Below are positions 38,287 to 47,179 of a stretch of DNA of 64,000 bases, one piece after another. The notes under the pieces are model-generated. The model did not search any database. It was not told the origin of the DNA and saw only the letters and a program-made list of their open reading frames with translations. The stretch lies in the sequence record NC_015287.1; one strand, given 5' to 3'. How positions within the stretch are numbered: the first letter of the stretch is position 1; each line of letters starts with the position of its first letter. The translations under genes were made by a program, and so were the position numbers.

Positions 38287-39120
38287 ATGACTGACGACTC
38301 AAAACTGGTTGACGCTTATAAGTCAATGTATGAACACCATCAAAAAGATGCTGACGGTAAAGTTATCGAGCATGATGATAAAGAACAGTTAGATGAACTA
38401 GCACCTCTAGCTGCTATCCCAGCGGTGATGAAGGGAGTTGGTACTGCTATGAAGGTTGCATCTGCTGTTAGTACAGCTAAAGATGTGGTAGGAGGAATTG
38501 CGAATAAAGTTAGAGGAAAAGGTCAATTAAATAAACAAGCGCAAGAGTCTGTAGAATTGCATGATGCCGAGGGTAATTTGACTCATGAGATCACTGATGT
38601 TGTCACTCCAGAACCATTAGGTAATCCAGATGAGAACTTGGCAGATAGACTTTGGGATCAGGTTGCAGCAAACTTGACAACTCTTGGAGAGATGGCTGGT
38701 GTTAGATACCAAGTATCTCCTGTAGAAGAATTACAAGAGAAGAAAAAGAAGAAGGGTAAGAAATTAGATCCAGTTGGAAAAGAAGATGAGGACATTGATA
38801 ATGATGGTGATGTAGATGACTCTGATTCATACCTTAAGAAGCGTCGTGAGGCAATCGGAAAGGCAATGAAGAAAGAAGAGGTAGAGGTAGAGACTGAACT
38901 TGATGAGAGAGCATGTTGGGACTCCCATAAGAAGGTGGGTATGAAGATGAAGGGTGGTAAACTCGTTAACGATTGCCGTCCTAAGAATGAAAGTTTCAAC
39001 GTCAAGAGTCCAGTCGTATTCTCAAAACCAGAAGAGAAAGTAGAAGAGACTATCTCTGAGGAGACAATCGAAAAACACGCAAGTTCCATTCTTAAAGCAC
39101 ACAAGTCCATCCAAAAGTAG
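38287..39120 (+). CDS. Charged low-complexity protein with EF-hand-like loop (candidate internal head protein)
   Basis: DEDIDNDGDVDDSD loop; several L-x-E sites. Confidence 0.6.
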   Translation: MTDDSKLVDAYKSMYEHHQKDADGKVIEHDDKEQLDELAPLAAIPAVMKGVGTAMKVASAVSTAKDVVGGIANKVRGKGQLNKQAQESVELHDAEGNLTHEITDVVTPEPLGNPDENLADRLWDQVAANLTTLGEMAGVRYQVSPVEELQEKKKKKGKKLDPVGKEDEDIDNDGDVDDSDSYLKKRREAIGKAMKKEEVEVETELDERACWDSHKKVGMKMKGGKLVNDCRPKNESFNVKSPVVFSKPEEKVEETISEETIEKHASSILKAHKSIQK

Positions 39121-39127
39121 GATAAAC

Positions 39128-40246
39128 ATGAAGAGCTTTGAACAATTTGAATATGAACAGTCTCTTGTGGACGAGGGACTAAGAGATGACATCTCCTTTG
39201 TTGGGGCAAATGTCCGCAGCAGATTTCAGAAAGGCAAACGTGCTCCAGAAAGAAAAATTTCTAATAAAGGGGTCCCAACCCAAGATGCAGTCAAGTCCAC
39301 CAACATCGGAAAACCGAGCTCGTCATCGCCTAATCGCCCTTCTGAAATAGGCAGTGATCCAGGTCCTGCTCCTAATATTCCTACAAGGCCTGGGAGAAGA
39401 TCAGATGGATCTAAAAAGACTGGTGTAGCGGCAACAATAGAAAGAAATAAAGAAAGAGCAACGGCCTATGCAAAGTCTGAAAGAGGTAAAAAAATAGGTA
39501 GAACAGTAGGGGGAGCTCTCGGTGCTGCAAGGACTTATAAACCTGATGGAGAGGCGGTAGATACTGGTGCATCTGGAATGGGAACCCAGATGAGACATCT
39601 TCGTGGTATTGGTGCGGCTGCCATGGACGGTGCTATTAAGGGATATCAAAATAGAACTAAAGATGCTAAAAAGGATGGCAGAAACATTTCTGGTTCTGGA
39701 GCACAGAAAGGTGGAACTACTGCTAGTCGTGGATTATTCGGGTTAGTTTCCGACTTTGCCAAAGACAAAATTAAGAAGAAAGTTGGTATTGATAGTAAGA
39801 AGACAGCTGGTGGTAAAACAATTACTGGTGATGTTGAATCAAAGTATAGAAAAGGTCAACAAGAAAGACAAAAGCAAAGAGACCTAGACAAAGAAAGGAT
39901 GACACCAAAATCTGAGACTCAAGCGAGTAAAGATGCAACAAGAGCTACTAAAAATAAACCTACCGAAAAGTCTCCAGAAAGGATTGCTCAAGACAAAAAA
40001 GTTAATAAGGCTCTAGGTGGTGATGCTAAAGGTGTAAAGGCACAAAGAGAGATTGATAAACAAATAGAGACAGCTCGGAAAGATACTGCTGCTAGGGACC
40101 AAGTTAAGAAAGATTTTGAGTCCTCTTATGGAAAGGGAGCATCTCTCAAGTCTGACGAGAAAAAACCTTCCGAGTCTGAGTCTAAGGTGAAGAGTTTAGT
40201 CAAAGGTGCAGAATCAGAATCAAAGGCAAGAAAAAAAATTAAATGA
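39128..40246 (+). CDS. Lys/Gly-rich low-complexity protein (candidate internal head protein)
   Basis: N-terminus MKSFEQFEYE; may continue into the next ORF through an A8 run. Confidence 0.6.
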   Translation: MKSFEQFEYEQSLVDEGLRDDISFVGANVRSRFQKGKRAPERKISNKGVPTQDAVKSTNIGKPSSSSPNRPSEIGSDPGPAPNIPTRPGRRSDGSKKTGVAATIERNKERATAYAKSERGKKIGRTVGGALGAARTYKPDGEAVDTGASGMGTQMRHLRGIGAAAMDGAIKGYQNRTKDAKKDGRNISGSGAQKGGTTASRGLFGLVSDFAKDKIKKKVGIDSKKTAGGKTITGDVESKYRKGQQERQKQRDLDKERMTPKSETQASKDATRATKNKPTEKSPERIAQDKKVNKALGGDAKGVKAQREIDKQIETARKDTAARDQVKKDFESSYGKGASLKSDEKKPSESESKVKSLVKGAESESKARKKIK

Positions 40247-40802
40247 TGCTCCTCCAAAAAAAGGTGGTGTGGAAGGCTTGATGTCTGCGATGAAGAAACA
40301 GGAAGAAAACGAAAAGAAAAAAGAGACTAAAACTGTCAAGGCAACAACAGTGCCTAAGAAACCAAAAGAAGAAAAACCAAAAGAACAGAAACTCAAGAGA
40401 CCTAATATAAGAAGTTATAAAGGTGATCTTGAGGGATATGAGAAAGCACGAGCAGCATACAATGCCCAAAAACCTGAGAACAAAACTAAGGTAGGTAACC
40501 AAGGAAGACCTAAGAAGGAAGTCAAGGAGGCCACTGGACGCATTGCAATGATGAGAGCTGCCAAAGAACAAGGAAAAACTATAAAGACTAGAACTTATAG
40601 TCAGATGAAGAAGGATGAGGCAAGGGAAGCCGCAATAAAAAGAATACAGAATGAACAATTCTCACACTGGCGTGAAGAATTCCTATGGGAAGTTGATAAA
40701 AAGTATCCAGATAAGGTCAAAGAAATCAAACCCATGAGTGGTAAAAACACTATCATCATCAACCCAGAGGATGAATCCGCTAAATATAAGAGAGGTTATT
40801 AA
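40206..40802 (+). CDS. Lys/Glu-rich protein, start uncertain
   Basis: FSHWREEF and KNTIIINP motifs; +1 frame relative to the upstream ORF. Confidence 0.55.
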   Translation: MQNQNQRQEKKLNDAPPKKGGVEGLMSAMKKQEENEKKKETKTVKATTVPKKPKEEKPKEQKLKRPNIRSYKGDLEGYEKARAAYNAQKPENKTKVGNQGRPKKEVKEATGRIAMMRAAKEQGKTIKTRTYSQMKKDEAREAAIKRIQNEQFSHWREEFLWEVDKKYPDKVKEIKPMSGKNTIIINPEDESAKYKRGY

Positions 40803-40808
40803 GGAATC

Positions 40809-41081
40809 ATGTTAACTAACATAAAAGGAGCTCAAGCAGCTTGCGGCGTTAATGCTGCAAACGCCTCTACATTCGGAAGTGCGACAGTGGTTCGTCTTTG
40901 CAACAATGGATCAACTGCAAGATTGGTTACTGTGATCGATTCTGTTGGTGGATCAACCACAATCGGAACATTCACAATGCCACCAAACACTGTTGAGTTT
41001 GTAGAGAAAAAATCAACCGAAGCAATCTTCGCAGCAAACGCTGAAGTGTTAGGTTCAGCAGCTGGATATACAATAGGATGA
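40809..41081 (+). CDS. Small beta-rich hypothetical (likely virion)
   Basis: SD AAGGA; ATVVRL.N and F.EK...E.IFA. Confidence 0.7.
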   Translation: MLTNIKGAQAACGVNAANASTFGSATVVRLCNNGSTARLVTVIDSVGGSTTIGTFTMPPNTVEFVEKKSTEAIFAANAEVLGSAAGYTIG

Positions 41082-41329
41082 ATATTCTAAAGACTCTAGG
41101 TGAAAAGTTCCGTCTTGCAAGGAAGGAACCGAAGGAGTTTACTTTAGGATATGATTTATACGCAGAGATGCCAGATCACATGATGAAGAACCCACCTTCT
41201 AGATGTGACTGGTTTGAGGAATCAATATATGCAGTTCCAGTGCTGCCAACAGAGACACCAATTCATCAGAAAATGTATGAATTGTCTTCAAAAAATCTTA
41301 ACATTGGAGGTTCGGAGACCCTGACATAA
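41078..41329 (+). CDS. Hypothetical protein
   Basis: 83-aa ORF coupled to the upstream gene. Confidence 0.65.
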   Translation: MNILKTLGEKFRLARKEPKEFTLGYDLYAEMPDHMMKNPPSRCDWFEESIYAVPVLPTETPIHQKMYELSSKNLNIGGSETLT

Positions 41330-41386
41330 GTAGTGGTTTTTACCTAGTCTGTTATACTAAATATTAGCGGTATAAGGACGATAAAA

Positions 41387-41557
41387 ATGTCACACTATAC
41401 GGTCGGATATCACGACGGTATTCAAAATTCACACGAAATCTGCGAGTATGCTAACAACGCATATGAAGCAGTAAAGAACGCACAAGAGGATGTTCCTTAT
41501 CTAAAAGGGCATCCTCTTTCTATTGATTACGCACTGATCACGGAGGAAGAACAATGA
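41387..41557 (+). CDS. Small conserved cyanophage protein (56 aa, MSHYTVGYHD...)
   Basis: Not in the ORF track; EICEYA..AYEA...A.EDVPYL. Confidence 0.75.
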   Translation: MSHYTVGYHDGIQNSHEICEYANNAYEAVKNAQEDVPYLKGHPLSIDYALITEEEQ

Positions 41558-41646
41558 AAACATTGCCTATCATATCCACCATTGTGATCTTTGGATCAAT
41601 AGGGTTCATCATCACATACTTACCTCAAATCGCATACGTTCAATAA
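41554..41646 (+). CDS. 30-aa single-TM peptide
   Basis: ATGA overlap, SD GGAGG, hydrophobic. Confidence 0.55.
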   Translation: MKTLPIISTIVIFGSIGFIITYLPQIAYVQ

Positions 41647-41648
41647 TT

Positions 41649-41972
41649 ATGAAATTTTTATTCGCATTATTTGCTTCATTATTTCTTGCTTTACCCGCTT
41701 GGGCAGTAGATGTACAAATGGGTTACGATGGAAACCTTGTCTTTGAACCATCTGAAATCACAATCAGTGCTGGTGATACAGTACACTTTGTTAATAATAT
41801 GCTCCCTCCACACAATGTAATCGTTGAGGATCACGATGAGTTATCCCACGATGCACTTGCAATGATGCCTGGTGAGGAGTTCGATGTTACCTTTACAGAA
41901 GTGGGAGACTATACCTTCTTTTGTGGTCCGCATCAAGGAGCTGGTATGATTGGTACAATACATGTAGAATAA
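41649..41972 (+). CDS. petE: Plastocyanin
   Basis: Signal peptide ending AWA; Cu ligands PHN and CGPHQGAGM. Confidence 0.96.
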   Translation: MKFLFALFASLFLALPAWAVDVQMGYDGNLVFEPSEITISAGDTVHFVNNMLPPHNVIVEDHDELSHDALAMMPGEEFDVTFTEVGDYTFFCGPHQGAGMIGTIHVE

Positions 41973-42475
41973 TGAAACAATTCAACACAATCATTCTAGA
42001 TATCACTATCGGAATACTCGACTTCCTATACCGCAACAGACCTTTCCAAAGGTTCTGGGTATTGGAAGTCATTGCCAGAGCACCTTACTTCGCATTTATC
42101 AGTGTGTTACATTTCCGTGAAAGTCTTGGACTTAGGGGAGATGACCATATATACTTGATGAAAGAACACTTCTATCAAGCTCTAAATGAAACAGAACATC
42201 TGGAGGAAATGGAACTTAGGGAAGGAAATAAGTATTGGATCGACCGCTTCTTTGCCAAGCATCTTGTTCTGGTTTATTATTGGATCATGGTTGGGTACTA
42301 TCTCATTGATCCTGTGGACGCTTATGACATCAACATGAAGATTGAGAGTCACGCATACGAAACTTATGTCAAGTATAGTGCATGGCATCCAGAAGATAAA
42401 AAAATTATGGAGATTGCCAACGACGAATTAGAACATGCTAGGGAATTGCAACATGCGATGACGCTAATAGGTTGA
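41972..42475 (+). CDS. ptox: Plastoquinol terminal oxidase
   Basis: Di-iron motifs LEVIARAPY, NETEH, ESHAYETY, DELEH. Confidence 0.93.
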   Translation: MKQFNTIILDITIGILDFLYRNRPFQRFWVLEVIARAPYFAFISVLHFRESLGLRGDDHIYLMKEHFYQALNETEHLEEMELREGNKYWIDRFFAKHLVLVYYWIMVGYYLIDPVDAYDINMKIESHAYETYVKYSAWHPEDKKIMEIANDELEHARELQHAMTLIG

Positions 42476-42514
42476 TACGACTACATAGTATATACTTATC
42501 AATATTATTAGTCT

Positions 42515-42814
42515 ATGTTATCAACTCAATATCGTTTACGCTTAGAAGCAATTTGTAAAGACATCGCTTCTGGTACAGATGTATCAATAGAAGATATGAT
42601 CTGGGCACAAAAATTAGCAAAGGCTAATACATCTGCAAGAGGTATGTTACAAACAGCAAGACGTATGAGTACGAATCCTAACGATTCTTTTCTTAATCAC
42701 TTGAATTTAGGAGACCCCGATTCAAGTAATCACAAAAGGGGTTTCAGTGGACCAGAAGAAATTGTAGATTGGTTCCACCAAGAAAGATCTGATGACTGGA
42801 GACAACGTGACTGA
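42515..42814 (+). CDS. Conserved hypothetical
   Basis: MLSTQYRLRLE..C, DDWRQRD. Confidence 0.75.
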   Translation: MLSTQYRLRLEAICKDIASGTDVSIEDMIWAQKLAKANTSARGMLQTARRMSTNPNDSFLNHLNLGDPDSSNHKRGFSGPEEIVDWFHQERSDDWRQRD

Positions 42815-43058
42815 ATATGAAAGACGAGCAGAAGACCCATGCTGGCAACACAGACAAGAGTGCATTGCCATGTTCACCCTCGATTCACACAACACTTCTT
42901 ACATATATCGAAGAGAAGATAACACATATTACTGGCAACATTGTAGAAAAAAGGCGGAAGACGATATCTTCCTAGACGCTGATGGTTTACAGTTGGATTT
43001 GTTTGGTAAACCAATCCTAAGTAAAGAATATATTATGAAAGAAATATTATGTCTGTAG
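42807..43058 (+). CDS. Hypothetical protein
   Basis: GTG start overlapping the upstream gene. Confidence 0.6.
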   Translation: MTEYERRAEDPCWQHRQECIAMFTLDSHNTSYIYRREDNTYYWQHCRKKAEDDIFLDADGLQLDLFGKPILSKEYIMKEILCL

Positions 43059-43210
43059 TACATAGTGTAAATATTATGATAATGATACTGCTTGTTGCGG
43101 TATCTATTGTCATATACTATATTTTAACGTATGATGAATTTTATCCGAACGACTCTTCTCACTCTCATGATGACCACTCCAGTCATGGCGGGTCCGATAA
43201 TGGAGGATGA
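43049..43210 (+). CDS. Small TM protein with His-rich tail (53 aa)
   Basis: MSVVHSVNIMIMILLVAVSIVIYYILTYDE...SHSHDDHSSH; not in the ORF track. Confidence 0.55.
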   Translation: MSVVHSVNIMIMILLVAVSIVIYYILTYDEFYPNDSSHSHDDHSSHGGSDNGG

Positions 43211-43409
43211 TATGTATGATCAACTCTATGAAGCGTTTGAAGATGCAAAGATTGAAAGGCGGAAACAATGGAGAACTTCCCCAGAAGACTCTATAAATAA
43301 AGCACTAATGGAGTTTTACTATGGGAGCAATGACCCCACCCTCACGGAAGAGTTGTTACAACTTCCGAGTGACGAAGATCAACAGAGTAGTAGATGGAGA
43401 TACGATTGA
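43131..43409 (+). CDS. Hypothetical, heavily overlapped
   Basis: Signal-like N-terminus; overlaps both neighbours by 80-89 nt. Confidence 0.4.
   Translation: MMNFIRTTLLTLMMTTPVMAGPIMEDDMYDQLYEAFEDAKIERRKQWRTSPEDSINKALMEFYYGSNDPTLTEELLQLPSDEDQQSSRWRYD
43292..43299 (+). promoter_or_regulatory. Late promoter TATAAATA
   Basis: Exact consensus 21 nt before the nuclease ATG. Confidence 0.6.
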
Positions 43410-43785
43410 CGTAACCATTGATCTTGGATTTGATCTGCAAAAGAAAGAAAGAGTCAGAATAGCTGGAGTAGATACACCTGAGAAGAGGACAAGAGACAAA
43501 GAAGAAAAAGCATTAGGTATTGATGCCACTAACTGGATGAAGGAGAAGTTGAATGAAGCTCTCAAAGGTGATGATAATCTTGTTATCCGCACTGAACTTG
43601 TTGGCGGTGTCGGGAAGTACGGTCGTCTTCTTGGCTGGTTATACATCGGGGATGAAGACTTGTCAATCAACGAACAAATGATTGCCGAAGGATATGCTTG
43701 GGAGTATGACGGCGGTACAAAGAAGAAAGACTTTGAGGAACTCAGAGAGATTCGTAGATCATTGGGTACGTTAGATGCAGGGTGA
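43321..43785 (+). CDS. Thermonuclease (SNase-like)
   Basis: RVVDGDTIDV, RVRIAGVDTPE, GKYGRLLG, YAWEY. Confidence 0.85.
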   Translation: MGAMTPPSRKSCYNFRVTKINRVVDGDTIDVTIDLGFDLQKKERVRIAGVDTPEKRTRDKEEKALGIDATNWMKEKLNEALKGDDNLVIRTELVGGVGKYGRLLGWLYIGDEDLSINEQMIAEGYAWEYDGGTKKKDFEELREIRRSLGTLDAG

Positions 43786-43975
43786 CAGTAAAAGTCAGGT
43801 CATAAATCTCATAAGGATTGTAATCTTATTCCAGTTAGGAATAGTAGGTGCAACCATAATTGGATGCTTTTTGCCTGGTGCAAAACCATGTGATGCTGAT
43901 GTTAAACAACATATAGCTAACATGATGACTGTTATAACTACTTCTACATTCGCTTTATATGCTGCAGAAAAATGA
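43775..43975 (+). CDS. Small two-TM protein
   Basis: Two hydrophobic segments flanking C-x7-C. Confidence 0.6.
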   Translation: MQGDSKSQVINLIRIVILFQLGIVGATIIGCFLPGAKPCDADVKQHIANMMTVITTSTFALYAAEK

Positions 43976-44244
43976 AAGATTTTAAAATGCCCGTTGCTAT
44001 AATTACATTCCTTGCTGCCCAAGCAGGTGGTATGGTTTGGTTTTTATCAGGACTACAGAGTAGAGTCAAAGCACTTGAATCCTTTGACTCAGGAATAGAA
44101 GTCACAGCAAGTGAGAACAGAAGATATATCCGAGAAGTTATCATGCCTTCTTATGCAATCAGTGACAACTGGTTCAACCCACACTATCAAATGTGGTTAG
44201 ATCAAGGTGGTTGGGCTGATATCAGAGAGTGTAAGCACGATTAA
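43972..44244 (+). CDS. Hypothetical TM protein
   Basis: AQAGGMVWF.S.L..RV..LE. Confidence 0.65.
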   Translation: MKDFKMPVAIITFLAAQAGGMVWFLSGLQSRVKALESFDSGIEVTASENRRYIREVIMPSYAISDNWFNPHYQMWLDQGGWADIRECKHD

Positions 44245-44248
44245 GTAA

Positions 44249-45352
44249 ATGAAAGTAGCCATAGTCGGTGCTGGAACAGCTGGTCTGTATTGTGCTGTCT
44301 CCCTTTTAGAGTCACTACCAAAGTTCATTAAGGTAGATTTAATTCATAGTAGAGTCATCAATCCTATAGAAGTTGGTGAGTCTTCTCTGGTTTCATTTCC
44401 ACATGCCTTGAGTTGTGGTGTGGACTATGTGCATCATTTTGATGCAGCTGAACTAGGTTCTACTATAAAGTTTGGAGTTCAATTTAAGAATTGGAATGGC
44501 GATCCTTTCATTCCTTTTGCTTCTGGAGCATACGGAATACAGTTTGATACTACAAAATTGCCTAGGTTTATCCTACCTAGACTGAATAAGATGTATCAGA
44601 ACTTCTCAGAAAAACTTAAAACAGTAAAAGAAATAAAGTCTTTAGGTAAGAAAGTATCTATTGATGGTCAAATATATGATTATGTGATTGATTGTAGAGG
44701 ATATCCAGAGGATTACTCCGATTATATTATTAGTGACAAAGTTTATCTTGATTCTGGTATAGTTGTAAAGTCATACACGCCTGGAGATTGGGAGTATACA
44801 TATCACATCGCTCATGAACATGGGTGGATGTTTGGTATACCCTTACAGGAGAGAACTGCTTGGGGTTATTTGTGGAACTCTGAGGTTACTTCGGAACTAG
44901 AAGCACAATCTAATCTTGTAAACCTTTTAGGGGAGTACCAAATAGAGTATTTTAGTGAAGATTGTAGGCAGTTTAAGTTCAAGAACTACTATGCCAAGAG
45001 TATAGTAAATGAAGATGGTAATATATTTGTCAATGGCAACCGTGCCTTGTTTCTAGAACCCATACAAGCAACATCTCTTGGTTGTTATGGTATTATAAAT
45101 GGAATGATTATAGATAAGATCCTAGATGATAAGTACGATAACGATATGTACCATCATATTATGGATGAGGTGATTAAGTTTATCAACTTACACTATCTAA
45201 ATGGTTCAAACTTTGATACTCCTTTCTGGCAGATGGCTAGTAAGGGTGCGAAAGAACTTTATGAGGGGATCGATCCCACTAAATGTAATTGGAATTACAT
45301 ACTAGATTGGAACCCACAATTCAGACAGAAAATGTTTGATAGTTTTTTATAA
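44249..45352 (+). CDS. Flavin-dependent (tryptophan) halogenase-like protein
   Basis: GAGTAG FAD motif, VGES, conserved K in TIKFG, GWMFGIP, FLEPIQATSLG. Confidence 0.82.
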   Translation: MKVAIVGAGTAGLYCAVSLLESLPKFIKVDLIHSRVINPIEVGESSLVSFPHALSCGVDYVHHFDAAELGSTIKFGVQFKNWNGDPFIPFASGAYGIQFDTTKLPRFILPRLNKMYQNFSEKLKTVKEIKSLGKKVSIDGQIYDYVIDCRGYPEDYSDYIISDKVYLDSGIVVKSYTPGDWEYTYHIAHEHGWMFGIPLQERTAWGYLWNSEVTSELEAQSNLVNLLGEYQIEYFSEDCRQFKFKNYYAKSIVNEDGNIFVNGNRALFLEPIQATSLGCYGIINGMIIDKILDDKYDNDMYHHIMDEVIKFINLHYLNGSNFDTPFWQMASKGAKELYEGIDPTKCNWNYILDWNPQFRQKMFDSFL

Positions 45353-45388
45353 ACTGCTCGTATATATAGTGTAATTCGCTATAAGATT

Positions 45389-45583
45389 ATGTTAGCCTTT
45401 TTACTACCCTTTGCATCTAAGATTGTATCAGATGCCGTCGCTAAGATCCCCGATGACGCGGAACTTGGTGAGAAATTAATCGACTTGTGCCTCGTTATTC
45501 TGTCTAAGGCAGTCAAAATGACTAAGACAGACATGGATGACAAGTTACTTGAGACCGTTAAAGCTGCGATTCAAAGCCGCTAA
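45389..45583 (+). CDS. Small hypothetical
   Basis: KAVKMTKTDMDDKLL. Confidence 0.7.
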   Translation: MLAFLLPFASKIVSDAVAKIPDDAELGEKLIDLCLVILSKAVKMTKTDMDDKLLETVKAAIQSR

Positions 45584-45628
45584 ACCATAAATAAATCTAG
45601 AAAGTAGTCTTAATTTGGAGAAAAGCCC

Positions 45629-46192
45629 ATGCCTCTTTGGGGAGCAACCGACTCAGACGAGTCAAAGCCTAAGTTTCTGACAGACGAACAGAAGAAGCAA
45701 TGTTTTGCTACAAAGTCTGGTTGGGTGTTGGAAAATGGTGCATTAACAGGTAACGATAATCCTAATGCAGATCCAGAAATTCTGGTTGCAATCGGAGAAC
45801 TCGCTACAAGTATCGGAAGTGCAGACATTACCGAACTTGAGTTCATCACAACATCATTTGACAAGTCAGATGGTGGAACTCTACAGGTAAGAGTAAGATT
45901 CAACGAAGCAGTTGATGTTACAGGCACACCACAACTTACAGTGGTCAATGACCAACGAGCAAACCATACATTGTCATATGCCTCAGGTACAGGCAGTAAT
46001 GAATTAGTATTCTCACTCACAATCGCCGCTGGTAACGCAGCGACTTCTGCTGGTGACGAACTATCATTAGGAGCAAACGCAGTTGCACTTAACGGTGGAA
46101 CCATTAAGGACGCTGGTACATCTACCAACGCCACAATTACTAATGCTGCTGGTGTTGGAACTGCTGCTGGTACAATTACAGTTGTTGCATAA
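45629..46192 (+). CDS. Virion structural protein (Ig/beta-rich)
   Basis: MPLWG start, NPNADPEILVAIG, F.EAVDVTGTP; ATAAATA at about 45587. Confidence 0.65.
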   Translation: MPLWGATDSDESKPKFLTDEQKKQCFATKSGWVLENGALTGNDNPNADPEILVAIGELATSIGSADITELEFITTSFDKSDGGTLQVRVRFNEAVDVTGTPQLTVVNDQRANHTLSYASGTGSNELVFSLTIAAGNAATSAGDELSLGANAVALNGGTIKDAGTSTNATITNAAGVGTAAGTITVVA

Positions 46193-46222
46193 CAACCTAC
46201 ATAATATAGAATTAAATGATTG

Positions 46223-46594
46223 ATGAAGTTTTCAGAACTGAATGAAAATAATTATGTAATCTTTGCAATTAAGAATTACGAAAACCCTCACGCAGTCACT
46301 AAAGAAGATTTTGAAGAGGATCTGAAAAGATTCAAATGGGTAAAGAGGCTTTTGAAACGCTACAAAACAACTGGCGTTTTGAAAGCCCATTTACTTATTA
46401 ACCACTTTATAATCCTTTATAATGTTTTTGGTGAGGCCGCCACACCTCTTCTATTTTTTAAGATAGATAAGGATCTTTGGCCTGTTGTTAAAACTTTTGT
46501 TGTATACTTAGGTAGATTTCCTGAGTATCCTAAATCGACACTCCATGATGTGCCGATGGATGATAATTGTTTAAAGTGTCTCAAAGAACTATGA
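46223..46594 (+). CDS. Conserved T4-like hypothetical
   Basis: FAIKNYENP, DLKRFKWVKRLL.RY, HLLINH.I.LYNVF. Confidence 0.78.
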   Translation: MKFSELNENNYVIFAIKNYENPHAVTKEDFEEDLKRFKWVKRLLKRYKTTGVLKAHLLINHFIILYNVFGEAATPLLFFKIDKDLWPVVKTFVVYLGRFPEYPKSTLHDVPMDDNCLKCLKEL

Positions 46595-46764
46595 AGACCT
46601 ACAAGGAACTTAAAGAAATGATGGCTGTCGGTACAGGTGGTTTCACTTCTGCTGCAGATTCTAAAGGTCCTGTTGCTGGATATGACTTGCCTTTTGGTGG
46701 TATGATTAGAAGATGGTACACCGCTGCTAAGCAAACTCAGAAAAGAAAGAAAGATGGACGTTAA
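46591..46764 (+). CDS. 57-aa protein MKTYKELKE...GPVAGYD
   Basis: ATGA coupling to the upstream gene. Confidence 0.65.
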   Translation: MKTYKELKEMMAVGTGGFTSAADSKGPVAGYDLPFGGMIRRWYTAAKQTQKRKKDGR

Positions 46765-47179
46765 TTCTGCCATATTAGAAAGATTAGAAAAAGTTGTAGA
46801 TACCCTTCAAGAAAACTCAGTCAAGATGGGTCAACTTCTAGCAGTCCATAACGAGAAATTAGATAAACAAGATCGTATCGATGCAGTTCTATTTGAGAAA
46901 GTAGAGAAACTTCATGAGTGTGTCGAACAGAGATCGAAAGAAATTAAAGAAGGATGTGAAAGAGATATAAGATTGGTCGATAAGCGTCTCAGAACGCTGG
47001 AAAGGAAGATGTGGAGTATCGCTGGTGGTATTGCGGTTATCTCCTGTCTAGTCTCTCCTGTGGGTCAGAGAATCATCAAGGGGTTGTCAACACCACAGAC
47101 ATCTGTTATACTAGAAGAACGTAGAGCAGACGATCTTGGATCTAGTAGACAGCAAATACATCAGTCTGGTATCATCTAG
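46754..47179 (+). CDS. Coiled-coil protein with C-terminal TM
   Basis: LLAVHNEKL, RLRTLERKMW.IAGG. Confidence 0.7.
   Translation: MDVNSAILERLEKVVDTLQENSVKMGQLLAVHNEKLDKQDRIDAVLFEKVEKLHECVEQRSKEIKEGCERDIRLVDKRLRTLERKMWSIAGGIAVISCLVSPVGQRIIKGLSTPQTSVILEERRADDLGSSRQQIHQSGII
47084..47112 (+). promoter_or_regulatory. sigma70-type promoter for primase-nrdAB
   Basis: TTGTCA(47084-89)-17 nt-TATACT(47107-12). Confidence 0.7.

Noticed and set aside
47060-47112. Bidirectional use of the primase promoter -35 (TTGTCAA)
   Set aside because: There is no -10-like hexamer 17 nt away on the minus strand, unlike the gp55 site.
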